A stretch of 64,000 nucleotides of DNA from Spirochaetia bacterium (GCA_965263295.1 OZ253665.1:1952001-2016000), one strand, 5' to 3'. Positions 38,702 through 49,325 are shown, counted from the first letter of the stretch. Numbers and translations are program-made. The notes: generated by a model from the letters alone, not told the origin.

Positions 38702-40108
38702 GTGCAACTGGCAAGCTGTCTGATTTATATGTCAAACAACTTAATATATAATCCAAACGAAAGTAAAAAAATCTTCTCGCGCATCTATGCCGGGGTCTTC
38801 TTCTCGTTGCTGATTGCCCTGATTACAATAATATTCACTTTGATCCGTACAGATATTGTGACAAACAGTGTGCTGAAGAAGGAGAATCTGCCCTTCTTGC
38901 TGATTGTCAGCGATGAAAACGGGCCAGTCATGACAGAGGTGGTTTTGTTTAATGCCCAAACCGATCGTCTGGCTTTGATTGACATCCCTTACGAGGCGGG
39001 GGACCTGTTGCCAAATCTAAAGCGTTCGGACCGCTACAGTGTGTTCTACCAGCAGGGTGACAAAGAGAGTTATCGCCACAGCATTGAAGAGCTACTGAAT
39101 ATTAATTTTTTGTTTACATTAGAGTTGAATGTGACGCAATTAGTCAAACTGGTGGATTTGCTTGAGGGGATTGACCTATATTTTTTTGCGCCTATTGATC
39201 GTATAAATCCAATAACACAAAAACGTTATATATACAATGCCGGTGAGCAGCATTTAGATGGCGATCAATCGCGTGATTTTCTCTATGCAGTAGCGGGAAC
39301 CTCGGACTATACCGAGTTTCTGCAACAACAGGAGATTCTAGGGGAATCCTTTGAAGGAACGGATCCAGAACCTCTTTACACAGGATATCTACCCTCTCAG
39401 TATGTAGCCCGTCGGGGCGCTAATTTAACCCGAACTCAAATTGATACAGAGATGGAGAGTCGCAGCATCCTGCGGCAGAAAAATCTGCGCTATACCCGCG
39501 AATTATTGTTGGGTATAGCGTCTACTTTACAGAAATACAGCGGTGAGCGCGAAAAATATATCAATCTGCTTTACAACTATTTTCAAACCGATCTGAACAA
39601 ACGTTCTTTCCGCAAGTTGTTATTTTACCTAAGTAAAGTTGATACCAAATCAGCAGAAGTCATATTTCAGGATTTTCTGGGTGAAGAGCGTATGGTTCAA
39701 GGGAAACGCATTAACTTCCCAATTTATGACGGTCAAGTAATTCGCTCGCAGGTTGTGCGTATTTCCACCCAACTGCGCAATAATGAAGAGATTGTTGCAG
39801 AGCTGTATCCCGTGCGTGTCGAGATTTTAAATGGCACCAATGTAAATGGCCTGGCCTCCCGTACAGGGGCCTTGTACAGTCGGGAAGGTTTTGATGTAAT
39901 CAATGTTGACAACGCAGATCGTTCGGACTACGACAAAACAGTGGTTGTCAATCTGCACAGCAAAAATCTGGATGATGTACGCCGAGTAGCCCAGTTGGTT
40001 GGCGCTGAAAATGTGATTTTACAACCATTGCCAGGTGGTGAACAGTCTGAGGCTGAAGTGCGGGTTGTATTGGGAAAGGACTTTGATGAAGACCGAATTA
40101 CGGAATAG
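38702..40108 (+). CDS. LCP-family protein with LytR C-terminal domain
   Basis: N-terminal TM helix, LVDLLEGI, VEILNGTNVNGLA...VVLGKDF. Confidence 0.8.
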   Translation: MQLASCLIYMSNNLIYNPNESKKIFSRIYAGVFFSLLIALITIIFTLIRTDIVTNSVLKKENLPFLLIVSDENGPVMTEVVLFNAQTDRLALIDIPYEAGDLLPNLKRSDRYSVFYQQGDKESYRHSIEELLNINFLFTLELNVTQLVKLVDLLEGIDLYFFAPIDRINPITQKRYIYNAGEQHLDGDQSRDFLYAVAGTSDYTEFLQQQEILGESFEGTDPEPLYTGYLPSQYVARRGANLTRTQIDTEMESRSILRQKNLRYTRELLLGIASTLQKYSGEREKYINLLYNYFQTDLNKRSFRKLLFYLSKVDTKSAEVIFQDFLGEERMVQGKRINFPIYDGQVIRSQVVRISTQLRNNEEIVAELYPVRVEILNGTNVNGLASRTGALYSREGFDVINVDNADRSDYDKTVVVNLHSKNLDDVRRVAQLVGAENVILQPLPGGEQSEAEVRVVLGKDFDEDRITE

Positions 40109-40454
40109 CGTGCTGCAGCTTGCGGGACTACTGCAAGAGCTTAAGGGCGAAGACACCATTGCCGTGCGTTTAGAGCCTAGTGTATCGTGGGCTAGTTACT
40201 GTATAATCAGCACCTGTAATAGCGTGACCCATATGCACGGCATCCTCGGCCGATTGCGCAAAGAACTGATTTTTGAAAATAGTGAACTGAGATGGAATGT
40301 CTGTGCTCTGTCGCGACAACTTGAATATACTTCCTGGTTTCCGATTGATTTAGGTTCAATTGTGATTCACCTTATGAACTATGATGCCCGCGAATTTTAC
40401 GAATTGGAAAAACTTTGGCCTGTGGCCGAGATACTTGAACTAAAGAAATTTTAA
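40086..40454 (+). CDS. rsfS: ribosome silencing factor
   Basis: WFPIDLGSIVIHLM...REFYELEKLW. Confidence 0.88.
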   Translation: MKTELRNSVLQLAGLLQELKGEDTIAVRLEPSVSWASYCIISTCNSVTHMHGILGRLRKELIFENSELRWNVCALSRQLEYTSWFPIDLGSIVIHLMNYDAREFYELEKLWPVAEILELKKF

Positions 40455-40507
40455 ATCCTTTTTGTAAATTTTCGCTAAAAATGAAAAGTGCGACATGATG
40501 ATAGTTT

Positions 40508-41281
40508 TCATTGGTAGCGGCGGGCGACATTGGCGCTTAAAAGTCTGCAGATTGAGGCGGCATAAGGTGCAAACAGCTTCAGCATGGCCTGCTCGGAATA
40601 TGTGCAGCTGCGATCCGCAAAAGCTAGCCCCGCAATGGGCTTTTGTATAAGGCGCAAACGGGCAAGACTTTCCGGGGCCGTCAACACCTCTTCTTTGGCG
40701 CTAGGGGTGTGACCGATGGGAAAACAGATCTTGTGCTCACGGTATTCATTTTGTTTTTCAAGATACAAATAGCCCAGATTTTGTGATTTTTCATCTGCTT
40801 GCTGACTCTGGTAGTGCTGCAGCAGGCTACCAATGATTGAGTCTTGGCAGTTGTATAAATTTGTGGGGTGGATAGCGTCGATAGGTTGTTGGCCCGGTTC
40901 TTTATGCAGTAAGTACAGGACCTTATCTTTATACAGCACGCCGAGGGCTAAAACGAGATCGTTGGCTATGGCCGCCGGCAGTGTTCTAATAGTCCTCACG
41001 GTGGCGCTCAGCAACCTGGAGGCATGCAAGCTTTGGGCAGCTAAGACGTGGATGCCTGGGCCTGGTATATATTTGCGACGATGGTCTTGAGTCAAGAACC
41101 CCATGAATTTTAGTGTTCCCAGCAGGCGATTAACCGTCGTACGCCCTTTGTTCAATTTTCTAGCCAGCTCTACGCTACCGATAGGCTGATCCGCGCTGAT
41201 TACCGCATATAGACATTCTATGCCTGAGATTAGACTGTTATTGGGCTGTGCGGGCAAGCCGGTATCTATTTTCTTTCCCAT
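40508..41281 (-). CDS. IclR-family transcriptional regulator
   Basis: QPNNSL..G, HTH ELARKL..TVNRLLGTL. Confidence 0.8.
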   Translation of the reverse strand: MGKKIDTGLPAQPNNSLISGIECLYAVISADQPIGSVELARKLNKGRTTVNRLLGTLKFMGFLTQDHRRKYIPGPGIHVLAAQSLHASRLLSATVRTIRTLPAAIANDLVLALGVLYKDKVLYLLHKEPGQQPIDAIHPTNLYNCQDSIIGSLLQHYQSQQADEKSQNLGYLYLEKQNEYREHKICFPIGHTPSAKEEVLTAPESLARLRLIQKPIAGLAFADRSCTYSEQAMLKLFAPYAASICRLLSANVARRYQ

Positions 41282-41414
41282 AAAAAAGTATTGCAAGTCT
41301 GACGACGGGTTTAAAGTATAATGCCCCAGCCGCTTAGGCAATCAGATTTAGGCATTAGATTTGAGCATCAAATTTGGACATCGAAAATAGGATCATATCA
41401 TAATTAGTAGCTGG

Positions 41415-43673
41415 CTAGAAGCATTCCAGCCCAAAGATGGCCACGGGCATGTGGGGAGGCGGTTCAAACTCAATGATCAAAGTGTCGGTTGTAACTGCGC
41501 ACGGGACTTGATTTCGCCCCTGATAGTTGTTGTGGCATTCATGCACTAAATTCTTTTGCCCATTGAGCAGGGCAAAAACCTTGTATTTGCGCACGCACAA
41601 TGGGGCAATTCTATCGTGATGCCGCATCTGCACTGATTCGAGGGCAAAATCGTAATCGACATCGAAAAATAATAACAATGCGGTCAATTTTTTGGCATTG
41701 TCCCAGTGGAGGGTTAGGCTGGGCTTGAGGTCGGTGATTGCCGCGACCCAAAGGTTGCTGCGAATAAATGGGCGTCGGTAGCCATTTTGCAGGTATTCTT
41801 TTTTGTAAACTGCCGCACACGGAGAAAAACGCAGTGCAAGGTTCTTGGCTTCTTGGGCTGGGCGGCGTGCCGGTGTCCAGAACTCAAAGGCATCCACGCC
41901 GATGTCCGGCGGAGGATTCTGGCTGGCAGATCTGGCTACTTTTTTATTGTAACAGTTGTGTAGGGTCAGAATTCCGGGCAGCAGGCCCTCGCTGAGCTGT
42001 ACGGAAACGTGCGGATTTTCTTGCAAAGAGAAGAGTACATATTGAGCTTCGCCGAGTGTTGCCATCGGTTGGCAGTACAATTCTTGCTGCCCTTCTTTCA
42101 GTGCAAAATGGAAACTTTCGAGCGTGATTTCGGGGGTGTAATTGCCGGCTTTACTCGCCGTGCGTAGCTCCACGGTCAGCGCGGAAGTCTGGGAAGCCAC
42201 TACGGTAAAAGAAAACTCGGGCAGTCGCCCCGGCTCAAGAGGGACGAGGAGAGCTGCGGAGTAATTTAGAGGCAGCCAGTCTTCACTGCCCTGAAATCCC
42301 TCGAAAATATACGTGCTGCTGACGCTGAGATCGGCTTGCAGGGCCTTATCCACGGCAGGGTCATGCGATGGCACATCGGGAATGAACTGACCGCCGCGCA
42401 GCAGATATTGCTGCAGCTCACCAATCCTCTCGGTTTGCGCAATATCTCGCGGCAAGAGCCCATTGCGTTTGCATAGCACGGAGGCCGCGCCCACGGCTTG
42501 GGCGTTGCTGGCACAGGTGAGCATTACGCGCGTGCTGCCAAAGGCCGCGCGCGTAGTTGAGATCAAACGTCCAGCCGTGAAGAGGTTCGGGACGTTTTTG
42601 CTATACATGGTGCGATACGGTATCTGATAGACACCTTTGGTGTGCCACTGATAGCACGGGGCATATTCTTCACTGTAGGCGCCTGCAGCTGGGTGATGGT
42701 CAAGTGACCACCCGCCAAATGACACGGCATCGAAATGTCGCCGTTGGCGGACTAAATCTTCTTGGCACAGTAGGTAGTCGCCGATAATACGGCGGCTTTC
42801 GCGTTTGCCGGGAATCAGTCCCACCCACTCTAGCGTCAGGTTCTCCGCTTCGGGGTAATTACCTGAGTTTTTGATGTAGTCCCACACGCCATAAATTATG
42901 CGCCATAATTCAAACTTAATCATTTCAGATTCGTGGATCGTATCATATTGCCCACCCCATTCAATCCACCAATAATTGCAGCCTGTGGATTCAACGTCGA
43001 CATGGTGCAGGCGTTTCAGCTTGCCAATGTCTTTGAGTGAATTTTCAGGGGCGATGTAGCGCACGGGTTGCTGCAGTTTTTTGGTGTAAAAGAATATGGA
43101 ATGCCCTAGCAGTTCCCCAAAGCTTTCGGGATATTGCAAAAGGTCTTTGTCGTCGTCACTGCGCCCGAACAAGTACTCGGCACCAGAAAGGTAGGCGAGT
43201 ATTCCGTCGCCGCTCGCATCGCAGAACAAAGGGGCCATCAGTTCATAGCGTGTCTCATTGATGGGGTTAAGAGCTTGTATTGAGCGGATTTTGGGACCGT
43301 CCAGTTCGCAGTCATGCATGAGAGTGTTTAAAAACAAGGAAATGTTTTTTTCGCTGCGCACTTTGTCCAGCAATACTTGATCCAGCAATACCGGGTTGCC
43401 TTCGGGGTTGCGGTAGCGGTTTTCACACAGCAGTTCGTCGATAACCCCGCCTTCGCGCGACCAGCGATTGTTGTTTCCCATATGGGAGCTTGCACCCAGG
43501 GCCCAGAGGCGCACCTCGCTGGATGCATTGCCGCCGAGTACAGGACGGTCCTGAACTAAGGCCACACGGTTGCCGCCGCGGGCGGCCGTGATACTGGCGC
43601 ACACTCCGGCCAGGCCGCCCCCCACTACGATGAGGTCATAGGAATCCCTGATCAATCTGGTCGCTCTTTTCAT
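41415..43673 (-). CDS. FAD-dependent oxidoreductase, 752 aa
   Basis: VVGGGLAG, DRPVLGGNASSE, GKRESRR. Confidence 0.88.
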   Translation of the reverse strand: MKRATRLIRDSYDLIVVGGGLAGVCASITAARGGNRVALVQDRPVLGGNASSEVRLWALGASSHMGNNNRWSREGGVIDELLCENRYRNPEGNPVLLDQVLLDKVRSEKNISLFLNTLMHDCELDGPKIRSIQALNPINETRYELMAPLFCDASGDGILAYLSGAEYLFGRSDDDKDLLQYPESFGELLGHSIFFYTKKLQQPVRYIAPENSLKDIGKLKRLHHVDVESTGCNYWWIEWGGQYDTIHESEMIKFELWRIIYGVWDYIKNSGNYPEAENLTLEWVGLIPGKRESRRIIGDYLLCQEDLVRQRRHFDAVSFGGWSLDHHPAAGAYSEEYAPCYQWHTKGVYQIPYRTMYSKNVPNLFTAGRLISTTRAAFGSTRVMLTCASNAQAVGAASVLCKRNGLLPRDIAQTERIGELQQYLLRGGQFIPDVPSHDPAVDKALQADLSVSSTYIFEGFQGSEDWLPLNYSAALLVPLEPGRLPEFSFTVVASQTSALTVELRTASKAGNYTPEITLESFHFALKEGQQELYCQPMATLGEAQYVLFSLQENPHVSVQLSEGLLPGILTLHNCYNKKVARSASQNPPPDIGVDAFEFWTPARRPAQEAKNLALRFSPCAAVYKKEYLQNGYRRPFIRSNLWVAAITDLKPSLTLHWDNAKKLTALLLFFDVDYDFALESVQMRHHDRIAPLCVRKYKVFALLNGQKNLVHECHNNYQGRNQVPCAVTTDTLIIEFEPPPHMPVAIFGLECF

Positions 43674-43700
43674 GGATTTCCTTCCAATTCTAATCCAATT

Positions 43701-44666
43701 CTATTTCCACTGGGTGTGCCAGAATTGTGCGGCCTCTTCCAGCATTCTGGCAAACGAATATTGAGCTTTGTAGCTCAGGATTTTCTTTGCCTTTTGATTG
43801 GAAGTTTTATAATGAAGCGCGTACGGCATTTTGATGCGGACGACTTCCAGACCTGTGATTTCCGCCATTTGTTCTAAAGCCTGGCCAAAATTTACGGGTT
43901 CGTCAAAGCCGATGTTGAAAGTTTCGCCAATTGCGTCGGGGTGGAAGAGGGCGGCCTCCAGTCCGGCGACGGTGTCGCGCACATCGCTGATATGCATCTG
44001 GTAGGGGCGGCCATCTGGGCAGCATTGTAAAATGTGCTGTAACTTTCCGCGCTCATATGGCAAGAGTTCTTCAACCATTGCGGTATTGCCCAATTGTTGC
44101 ATCTGCCTGATTTTCGCTTGTAAAAAGAAGCGCGGTCCAGAGAAGAAGCTATTGGGATTTAGCAGCTCTTCTGCCGCCTGGGTGTGGGGAAGGCGCAGAA
44201 TGACGGTGTTCAAACCGCGCCGCTGCCGAAAGAAACGCAACAATTCTTCGCCCATTTTTTTGGTTTCGCCATAGACTGAGGTCGGCTCACAGGGGTGCTG
44301 TTCATCTATCGGTAGGTACTGGGGGGCCCCTTCAGGATAAACTTCTCCAGTGCTGGCAAAGACAAAACGTGAAATTCCGGCCTGGGCGCAAAGCTCCAGC
44401 AGCTCAAAGGTCATTTGTACATTCTGGCGCAAGAGCTCCGCGTGATCTCTTGGGTTCCAAGACATAAAAGCTCCGAGATGGGCCACTGTGTCTACGCCAG
44501 AGAGCGCTGCCGCCGGTAATGTCTCGCCGATGAAATACTGGACCCCGCCAAGTTGCTCCTTGGGCGGCAAAATGTCATAGCCGCAGACCTGGTGGTTTTG
44601 AGCCACTAGGGAGTGAAGTAGAGCCGTTCCGACCCGTCCCGATATACCGGTAATTAAAATTTTCAT
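43701..44666 (-). CDS. NAD-dependent epimerase/dehydratase (extended SDR)
   Basis: TGISGRVG and YGETK. Confidence 0.88.
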   Translation of the reverse strand: MKILITGISGRVGTALLHSLVAQNHQVCGYDILPPKEQLGGVQYFIGETLPAAALSGVDTVAHLGAFMSWNPRDHAELLRQNVQMTFELLELCAQAGISRFVFASTGEVYPEGAPQYLPIDEQHPCEPTSVYGETKKMGEELLRFFRQRRGLNTVILRLPHTQAAEELLNPNSFFSGPRFFLQAKIRQMQQLGNTAMVEELLPYERGKLQHILQCCPDGRPYQMHISDVRDTVAGLEAALFHPDAIGETFNIGFDEPVNFGQALEQMAEITGLEVVRIKMPYALHYKTSNQKAKKILSYKAQYSFARMLEEAAQFWHTQWK

Positions 44667-44673
44667 AATAAAT

Positions 44674-45519
44674 TTATTTTCCTGATCCAGCAGTCAGTCC
44701 TGAAATAAAATATTTTTGCATTGTGACCATCACGAGCAGAATAGGTGCGGCAGAAAGCAGGGATACCGCCATGACTTGGTTCCAGGGAGTAATAAATTCG
44801 CCTTTGAAACTGGAAATGCCTAGGGAGATTGTCCAGGCATTGCGCGTGGAGGCCAGAAAAATCTTGGAGAAAATATAGTCGTTCCAGGAGAGAACAAAGC
44901 TGTACAATCCCGTAGCGGCGAGGCCGGGGACGGCCAGGGGCGTAATGATATGGATAAGTGAATACAGGCGCGAGCCGCCGTCCATCCACACGGACTCTTC
45001 TATTTCGCGTGGAATGGTGTCGAAGTAGCCCTTGAGCATCCAGACGACGAAAGGCAAGACAATGGCGCAGTGTGATAATACGACAGCCACAACCTTGCCG
45101 CCGGTCGAGAACGTCAGTCCCAAGTCGCGAAACATAATGAACAAAGGGATGGAAAGCAGGGTGGCCGGCAGCATTTGGCTCACGAGCATCAGCAGGCCCA
45201 GCGCCCTGGTCTCACGATATTGATAGCGCGAAAGACTATAGGCTCCGGGAATGCCGACTAAGAGCGTCAAGATAATTACAATTGCCGCGATAAACAAAGA
45301 ATTGCCCAGCCACTTGGCTATGCCCGTCTGGATGAATATCTGGACGAAGTTTACCCAATTGAATTCTGAGGGAAAAAACTGCGGCGGAAACTGACGTAGG
45401 GCATACGGCTGCTGCAGAGAGGTATTCAGTACCCAATAAATGGGAAAGTTCACCAGCAAAACCAGTAGAAAGGCAATCAGCCACTGCCGTTTCTTGGATA
45501 AGCTCTTTTGAGACCGCAC
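44674..45519 (-). CDS. carbohydrate ABC permease (MalG-like)
   Basis: FDTIPREIEESVWMDG EAA loop. Confidence 0.9.
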   Translation of the reverse strand: MRSQKSLSKKRQWLIAFLLVLLVNFPIYWVLNTSLQQPYALRQFPPQFFPSEFNWVNFVQIFIQTGIAKWLGNSLFIAAIVIILTLLVGIPGAYSLSRYQYRETRALGLLMLVSQMLPATLLSIPLFIMFRDLGLTFSTGGKVVAVVLSHCAIVLPFVVWMLKGYFDTIPREIEESVWMDGGSRLYSLIHIITPLAVPGLAATGLYSFVLSWNDYIFSKIFLASTRNAWTISLGISSFKGEFITPWNQVMAVSLLSAAPILLVMVTMQKYFISGLTAGSGK

Positions 45520-46385
45520 TACAGTTGTCCTTCTTTTTTGCGCAGGCCAATGACAAAGTAAGAGAGCGCCAGGCAGATCAATAGGGTGAATACGCCCATG
45601 CTGGCACCATAGCTCATGTTGAATGACTCAAATGCCTGTTGATAGGTCGCTAGCGCGAGGGTTCGCGTGTGGCCGAATGGGCCCCCGCCAGTAAGCAAAT
45701 AGACGATGGGATAATCGCGGAAAATCCACAGTGCGGACAATAAGCCGCTGACTGTGACTACCGGCCTGAGGAGCGGCAGGGTGATGCTCCAGAATTGGCG
45801 CCAAGGAGAAACTCCTTCAATATCTGCCGCTTCATAGATATCTTCGGGAATGGATTGTAAGCCTGCCAAGCTCATGATGGTGATGAATGGGTAGCCCTTC
45901 CATACCAAGACTAAAATGACCATGGCCATTGCTCCGAGAGTATCTTGGTTCCAGACGACCGGTTGACTCAGAATTCCCATGCGCACCAGCAGCCAGTTTA
46001 TCAAACCAAAAGAGCCGTCAAAGAGCCAACCCCAGACTACGGCAGCTGTCACAGAAGGAATGGCCCAAGGCAAGATGGCCAGAATGCGCAGGAGTTTGAA
46101 AGAGTTGACCAAGACGGCGCTGCCTACACCTAAGCTCAGACTCAACAACGATGCCATCACGACGATGATGCCCGTGTTGCCTAAGGAAGTATAAAACTCC
46201 TTGCTGCTAAACATCTTTTGGTAATTTGCCAGCGTCTGTATGGCGAAGGGCACGCCCCCTTGTGGAATGCGCACTTCCTGAAAGCTTAAAAAAATTGCAG
46301 ACAGGAGTGGATAGATTAGTACCAGTACGGAAAACAATACTACGGGCAATAGAAATAGGTGGGCCTGGGCGCGATGGCTTAGCAT
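45519..46385 (-). CDS. carbohydrate ABC permease (MalF-like)
   Basis: LQSIPEDIYEAADIEG. Confidence 0.9.
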   Translation of the reverse strand: MLSHRAQAHLFLLPVVLFSVLVLIYPLLSAIFLSFQEVRIPQGGVPFAIQTLANYQKMFSSKEFYTSLGNTGIIVVMASLLSLSLGVGSAVLVNSFKLLRILAILPWAIPSVTAAVVWGWLFDGSFGLINWLLVRMGILSQPVVWNQDTLGAMAMVILVLVWKGYPFITIMSLAGLQSIPEDIYEAADIEGVSPWRQFWSITLPLLRPVVTVSGLLSALWIFRDYPIVYLLTGGGPFGHTRTLALATYQQAFESFNMSYGASMGVFTLLICLALSYFVIGLRKKEGQL

Positions 46386-46431
46386 TGAAGATTCCTCCAA
46401 AGATTCCCCGAAGTTTCCTGCTTGCCGCTCG

Positions 46432-47712
46432 CTAGCGTCCGGACTGCAAGGCCAGGACTTTGTCTTGCAGTTCGGCGGCCACCTCTGCCGGGTCCCGGTC
46501 CTCTTGCACCATGCGTTCCATTTCATCTTGCACTATGCGGCCAAAGTCGTTGTATACGAGCTCTAACCCTAGAGGCAGCCGGTCTACTTTTGCTTGGGTC
46601 GCCTGGTTCATCGCTGCGAATATTAAGTCTAGATCTGGGACATTCTGTTTTGCTTCTGCGGGGATACTGACTCCGGGCCGGGGCGAAGTCTGGCCACTCG
46701 CAATGTATTTTTCCTGCCACGGCTCGGATACAGCCAGGTTGATAAAATCCCATACGAGGTCTTTTTTCTCCTGCGAAATACTGGCCGGCATCGCCAGCCC
46801 GTTGCTGCTGCCACCCACAGGAGGACTAAAAGGCGAAAGAGCTAATTTGATTTCAGGCAAGACATCCGGAGCCGCATTGCGTGAAACGCCCCACATCCAA
46901 GGGCCTTCAATCAACATGGCAATTTTCCCTTCGTTGAAGAGCTGGCGAATGTCATTGATTTTGCTGCCACGCGGGGTCAATTTTTCCTGTAGCAATGCCT
47001 TCCATTGACCAAAGGCATTGATCATCGCCGGCGTATTGATGCTGGGCTTGCCATTTTCATCTGTCCAGCGGGCTCCAGAGGCCAATACAAAGTTGAGCAG
47101 CCCGGTCAGATACTGGCCTGGGCCGGGAGCCGTCTGGAACCCCACGCCGTATTGGTCCGTGATGCCGTCGGCATCTTTGTCCACGGTCAGGGCTTTAGCT
47201 GCGGCGTAGTATTCGTCCCATCCTTGGGGAGGGGCGGAAATACCTGCTGCTTGCAGCAATTGCTGGTTGTAATACAAGTTAAAGCCAAAGTAAAGCAGCA
47301 TTAGGCCGTAGTTGTTGCCATCTTTGCGCAGCACGCTTTGCCCGGCCCACTTGTCGATGGGTAGATTCGCCTCGCTGATATATGAATCCAGATTTTCCAG
47401 AAAACCTTGCTCCATAAATATCGGAAACTCAAATGAAGCCAGCTGAACAATGTCGGGCGGAGAACCCGCGGCAAATTGTGAGAGCAGAGTCTCGGAGTAG
47501 CTGTCTCGGGCTAAATCTGTGACGCTGATGTCCACAGCTTCGTGGTTCTCCTCATATTCCTGGATAAGCCCACCCCACCACTCGACTAAGTCACCGTCAA
47601 TGAGTTGCCAGGTGGTGAAACTTAGCTGCGTGGTTTCCGCTTCGCTTTTACAGGCAAGGGCAAGCGTTAAAATAAGCGCTAATACTAAGTATTTATAAGA
47701 TGTTCTGGCCAT
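46432..47712 (-). CDS. sugar ABC transporter substrate-binding lipoprotein
   Basis: lipobox ALAC, AGSPPDI, FNEGKIAMLIEGPW. Confidence 0.9.
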   Translation of the reverse strand: MARTSYKYLVLALILTLALACKSEAETTQLSFTTWQLIDGDLVEWWGGLIQEYEENHEAVDISVTDLARDSYSETLLSQFAAGSPPDIVQLASFEFPIFMEQGFLENLDSYISEANLPIDKWAGQSVLRKDGNNYGLMLLYFGFNLYYNQQLLQAAGISAPPQGWDEYYAAAKALTVDKDADGITDQYGVGFQTAPGPGQYLTGLLNFVLASGARWTDENGKPSINTPAMINAFGQWKALLQEKLTPRGSKINDIRQLFNEGKIAMLIEGPWMWGVSRNAAPDVLPEIKLALSPFSPPVGGSSNGLAMPASISQEKKDLVWDFINLAVSEPWQEKYIASGQTSPRPGVSIPAEAKQNVPDLDLIFAAMNQATQAKVDRLPLGLELVYNDFGRIVQDEMERMVQEDRDPAEVAAELQDKVLALQSGR

Positions 47713-47760
47713 GCTGCCTCCGTTTTCAAGCTAGAATTCCAAAGTGCTATAATAGTGCTG

Positions 47761-47789
47761 ATTATAAATCATGTCTCAAGGCTTGTCAA
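47761..47789 (-). promoter_or_regulatory. consensus sigma70 promoter of the sugar operon
   Basis: TTGACA-17 bp-TATAAT on the minus strand. Confidence 0.85.
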
Positions 47790-48212
47790 GGAAAACTTGA
47801 GCGGCGTCGATGGCAAGCAATAATTGGAGCTTTTTAGTTTCGGGTATAAATTCCTCCGTTACTTTTTCTGGGGGCGTACTGCCTCAAACTACGGAATATG
47901 GCGGGGCAGGATTCTACCACTCGGCCGCCGGCATTGCCGCAAATAAAAGGCCAATTCTTGCAAGGATTTTGGCGGGAAGCTGTTGGAAACCTTGCAGGCG
48001 AAACTAAAATATTTATAATATTTACATTGCTTTGCCTGCGTGGCGACGTCTCCAATTCCCTTGGAATTTGCTTTGAATCTAATTTGAATCCACTGGGCAA
48101 ATTCCAGAGGTTTATTTTTCCGCTGCCTAGGCGTCAATGAATTTATCCCTGTTTGCTTACCGTGCAACTTGCTCTGCGCTGGCAGGAATACCGGCGAGGC
48201 TCCCGTAAGACA

Positions 48213-48563
48213 ATGTATTATTTGGTCATAAAATATCTGTGCACCGCGGCTGTCGTGGTGCTGGTTTCCGAGCTGGCCAAACGCAGCGACCGGCTCGGCG
48301 CATTCGTTGCCGCATTGCCTATAGTGACAATTCTATCCCTGGTCTGGATGCACATAGAAGCCCAGCCGACTGAGAAATTATCTAAGCATATGTTTTATAC
48401 TTTCTGGTATGTAGTCCCCACATTGCCAATGTTTCTAATTTTCCCGCACCTGTATCCACGTTTTTCGTTTTGGCTAGCACTTGTCGCTTGCATCTTGCTT
48501 TCGATCATTTGTTTTCTTTTATTTGCGCATTGCGCTAAATTTTTCGGGGTAAAGTTAATCTAG
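48213..48563 (+). CDS. DUF3147-like small membrane protein
   Basis: VSELAKRS..GAFVAALP, FWYVVPTLPMFL. Confidence 0.75.
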   Translation: MYYLVIKYLCTAAVVVLVSELAKRSDRLGAFVAALPIVTILSLVWMHIEAQPTEKLSKHMFYTFWYVVPTLPMFLIFPHLYPRFSFWLALVACILLSIICFLLFAHCAKFFGVKLI

Positions 48564-48568
48564 ATAAT

Positions 48569-49205
48569 GGCCGAGTAACCACGAAATACACTAAAAAAGT
48601 ACGAAACAACACGAAAAATTCTAAAATTCTAAAGAGCCCATCCGCCTGGACGCCCTTCCTGGCTGCCGTCCCCTTTTTTTACTTTTTCCCTGTCACCCGC
48701 AGCTCCCCGTCGTGCCTCCCGCGGCTCCCCCTGTCTAACTTTCGTGCCCTTTCGCCACCTTTCGTGTACTTTCGTGGTTCCCTTTCAAAGTTCCCCGTCG
48801 TGCCACCCGCGGCTCCCCCGTCTAAATTTCGTGCCCTTTCGCCGTCTTCGTGCACTTTCGTGGTTACTCTTTCGCCACCTTTCGTGCCTTTCGTGGTTCC
48901 GGGCCAAGTAACCACGAAATACACTAAAAAGTACGAACGACACGAAAAACCCTAAAACACCGCGCCTACTCCCTGGACGCCCCCCGCGCCTCACGTCGTC
49001 CATCCGGCCCCTTTTTTTCTGTCACCCACAGCCCCCCAGCCTAGATTTCGTGCCCTTTCGCTGTCTTCGTGCCCTTTCGTGGTTCCCTTTAAAGTTTCCC
49101 TGTCACCCGCGGCTCCCCATCGTGCCACCCGCGGCTTCCCTGCCTAAATTTCGTGACTTTTCGCCACCTTTCGTGCAATTCGTGGTCCCCCTTTCGTGGT
49201 CCCCC
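48569..49205. repeat. compound cluster of CACGAAA/TTTCGTG elements (2 left arms, 4 full and 2 partial right arms)
   Basis: arms read directly, separated by C-rich spacers. Confidence 0.92.
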
Positions 49206-49212
49206 AAAAACC

Positions 49213-49245
49213 AAAAAAGCGAGCAACCTTAAAGGTTACTCGCTT
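49213..49245 (-). terminator. intrinsic terminator of the Ig-repeat lipoprotein gene
   Basis: AAGCGAGTAACCT-TTA-AGGTTGCTCGCTTTTTT on the minus strand. Confidence 0.75.
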
Positions 49246-49325
49246 GCGCGGCTCGTCATATCACCGGCAGGAATTCATTCCAGCTGGCATGCGCTCAAGC
49301 TTAAAGCCAAGTCCAAGAGTAAATA

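Noticed and set aside
47810..48167. Short ORFs between the sugar operon and the DUF3147-like gene
   Set aside because: No recognisable motif or RBS; cannot be supported
48569..49205. CRISPR array
   Set aside because: Repeats are degenerate, occur in both orientations with irregular spacing, and the spacers resemble each other; no cas genes
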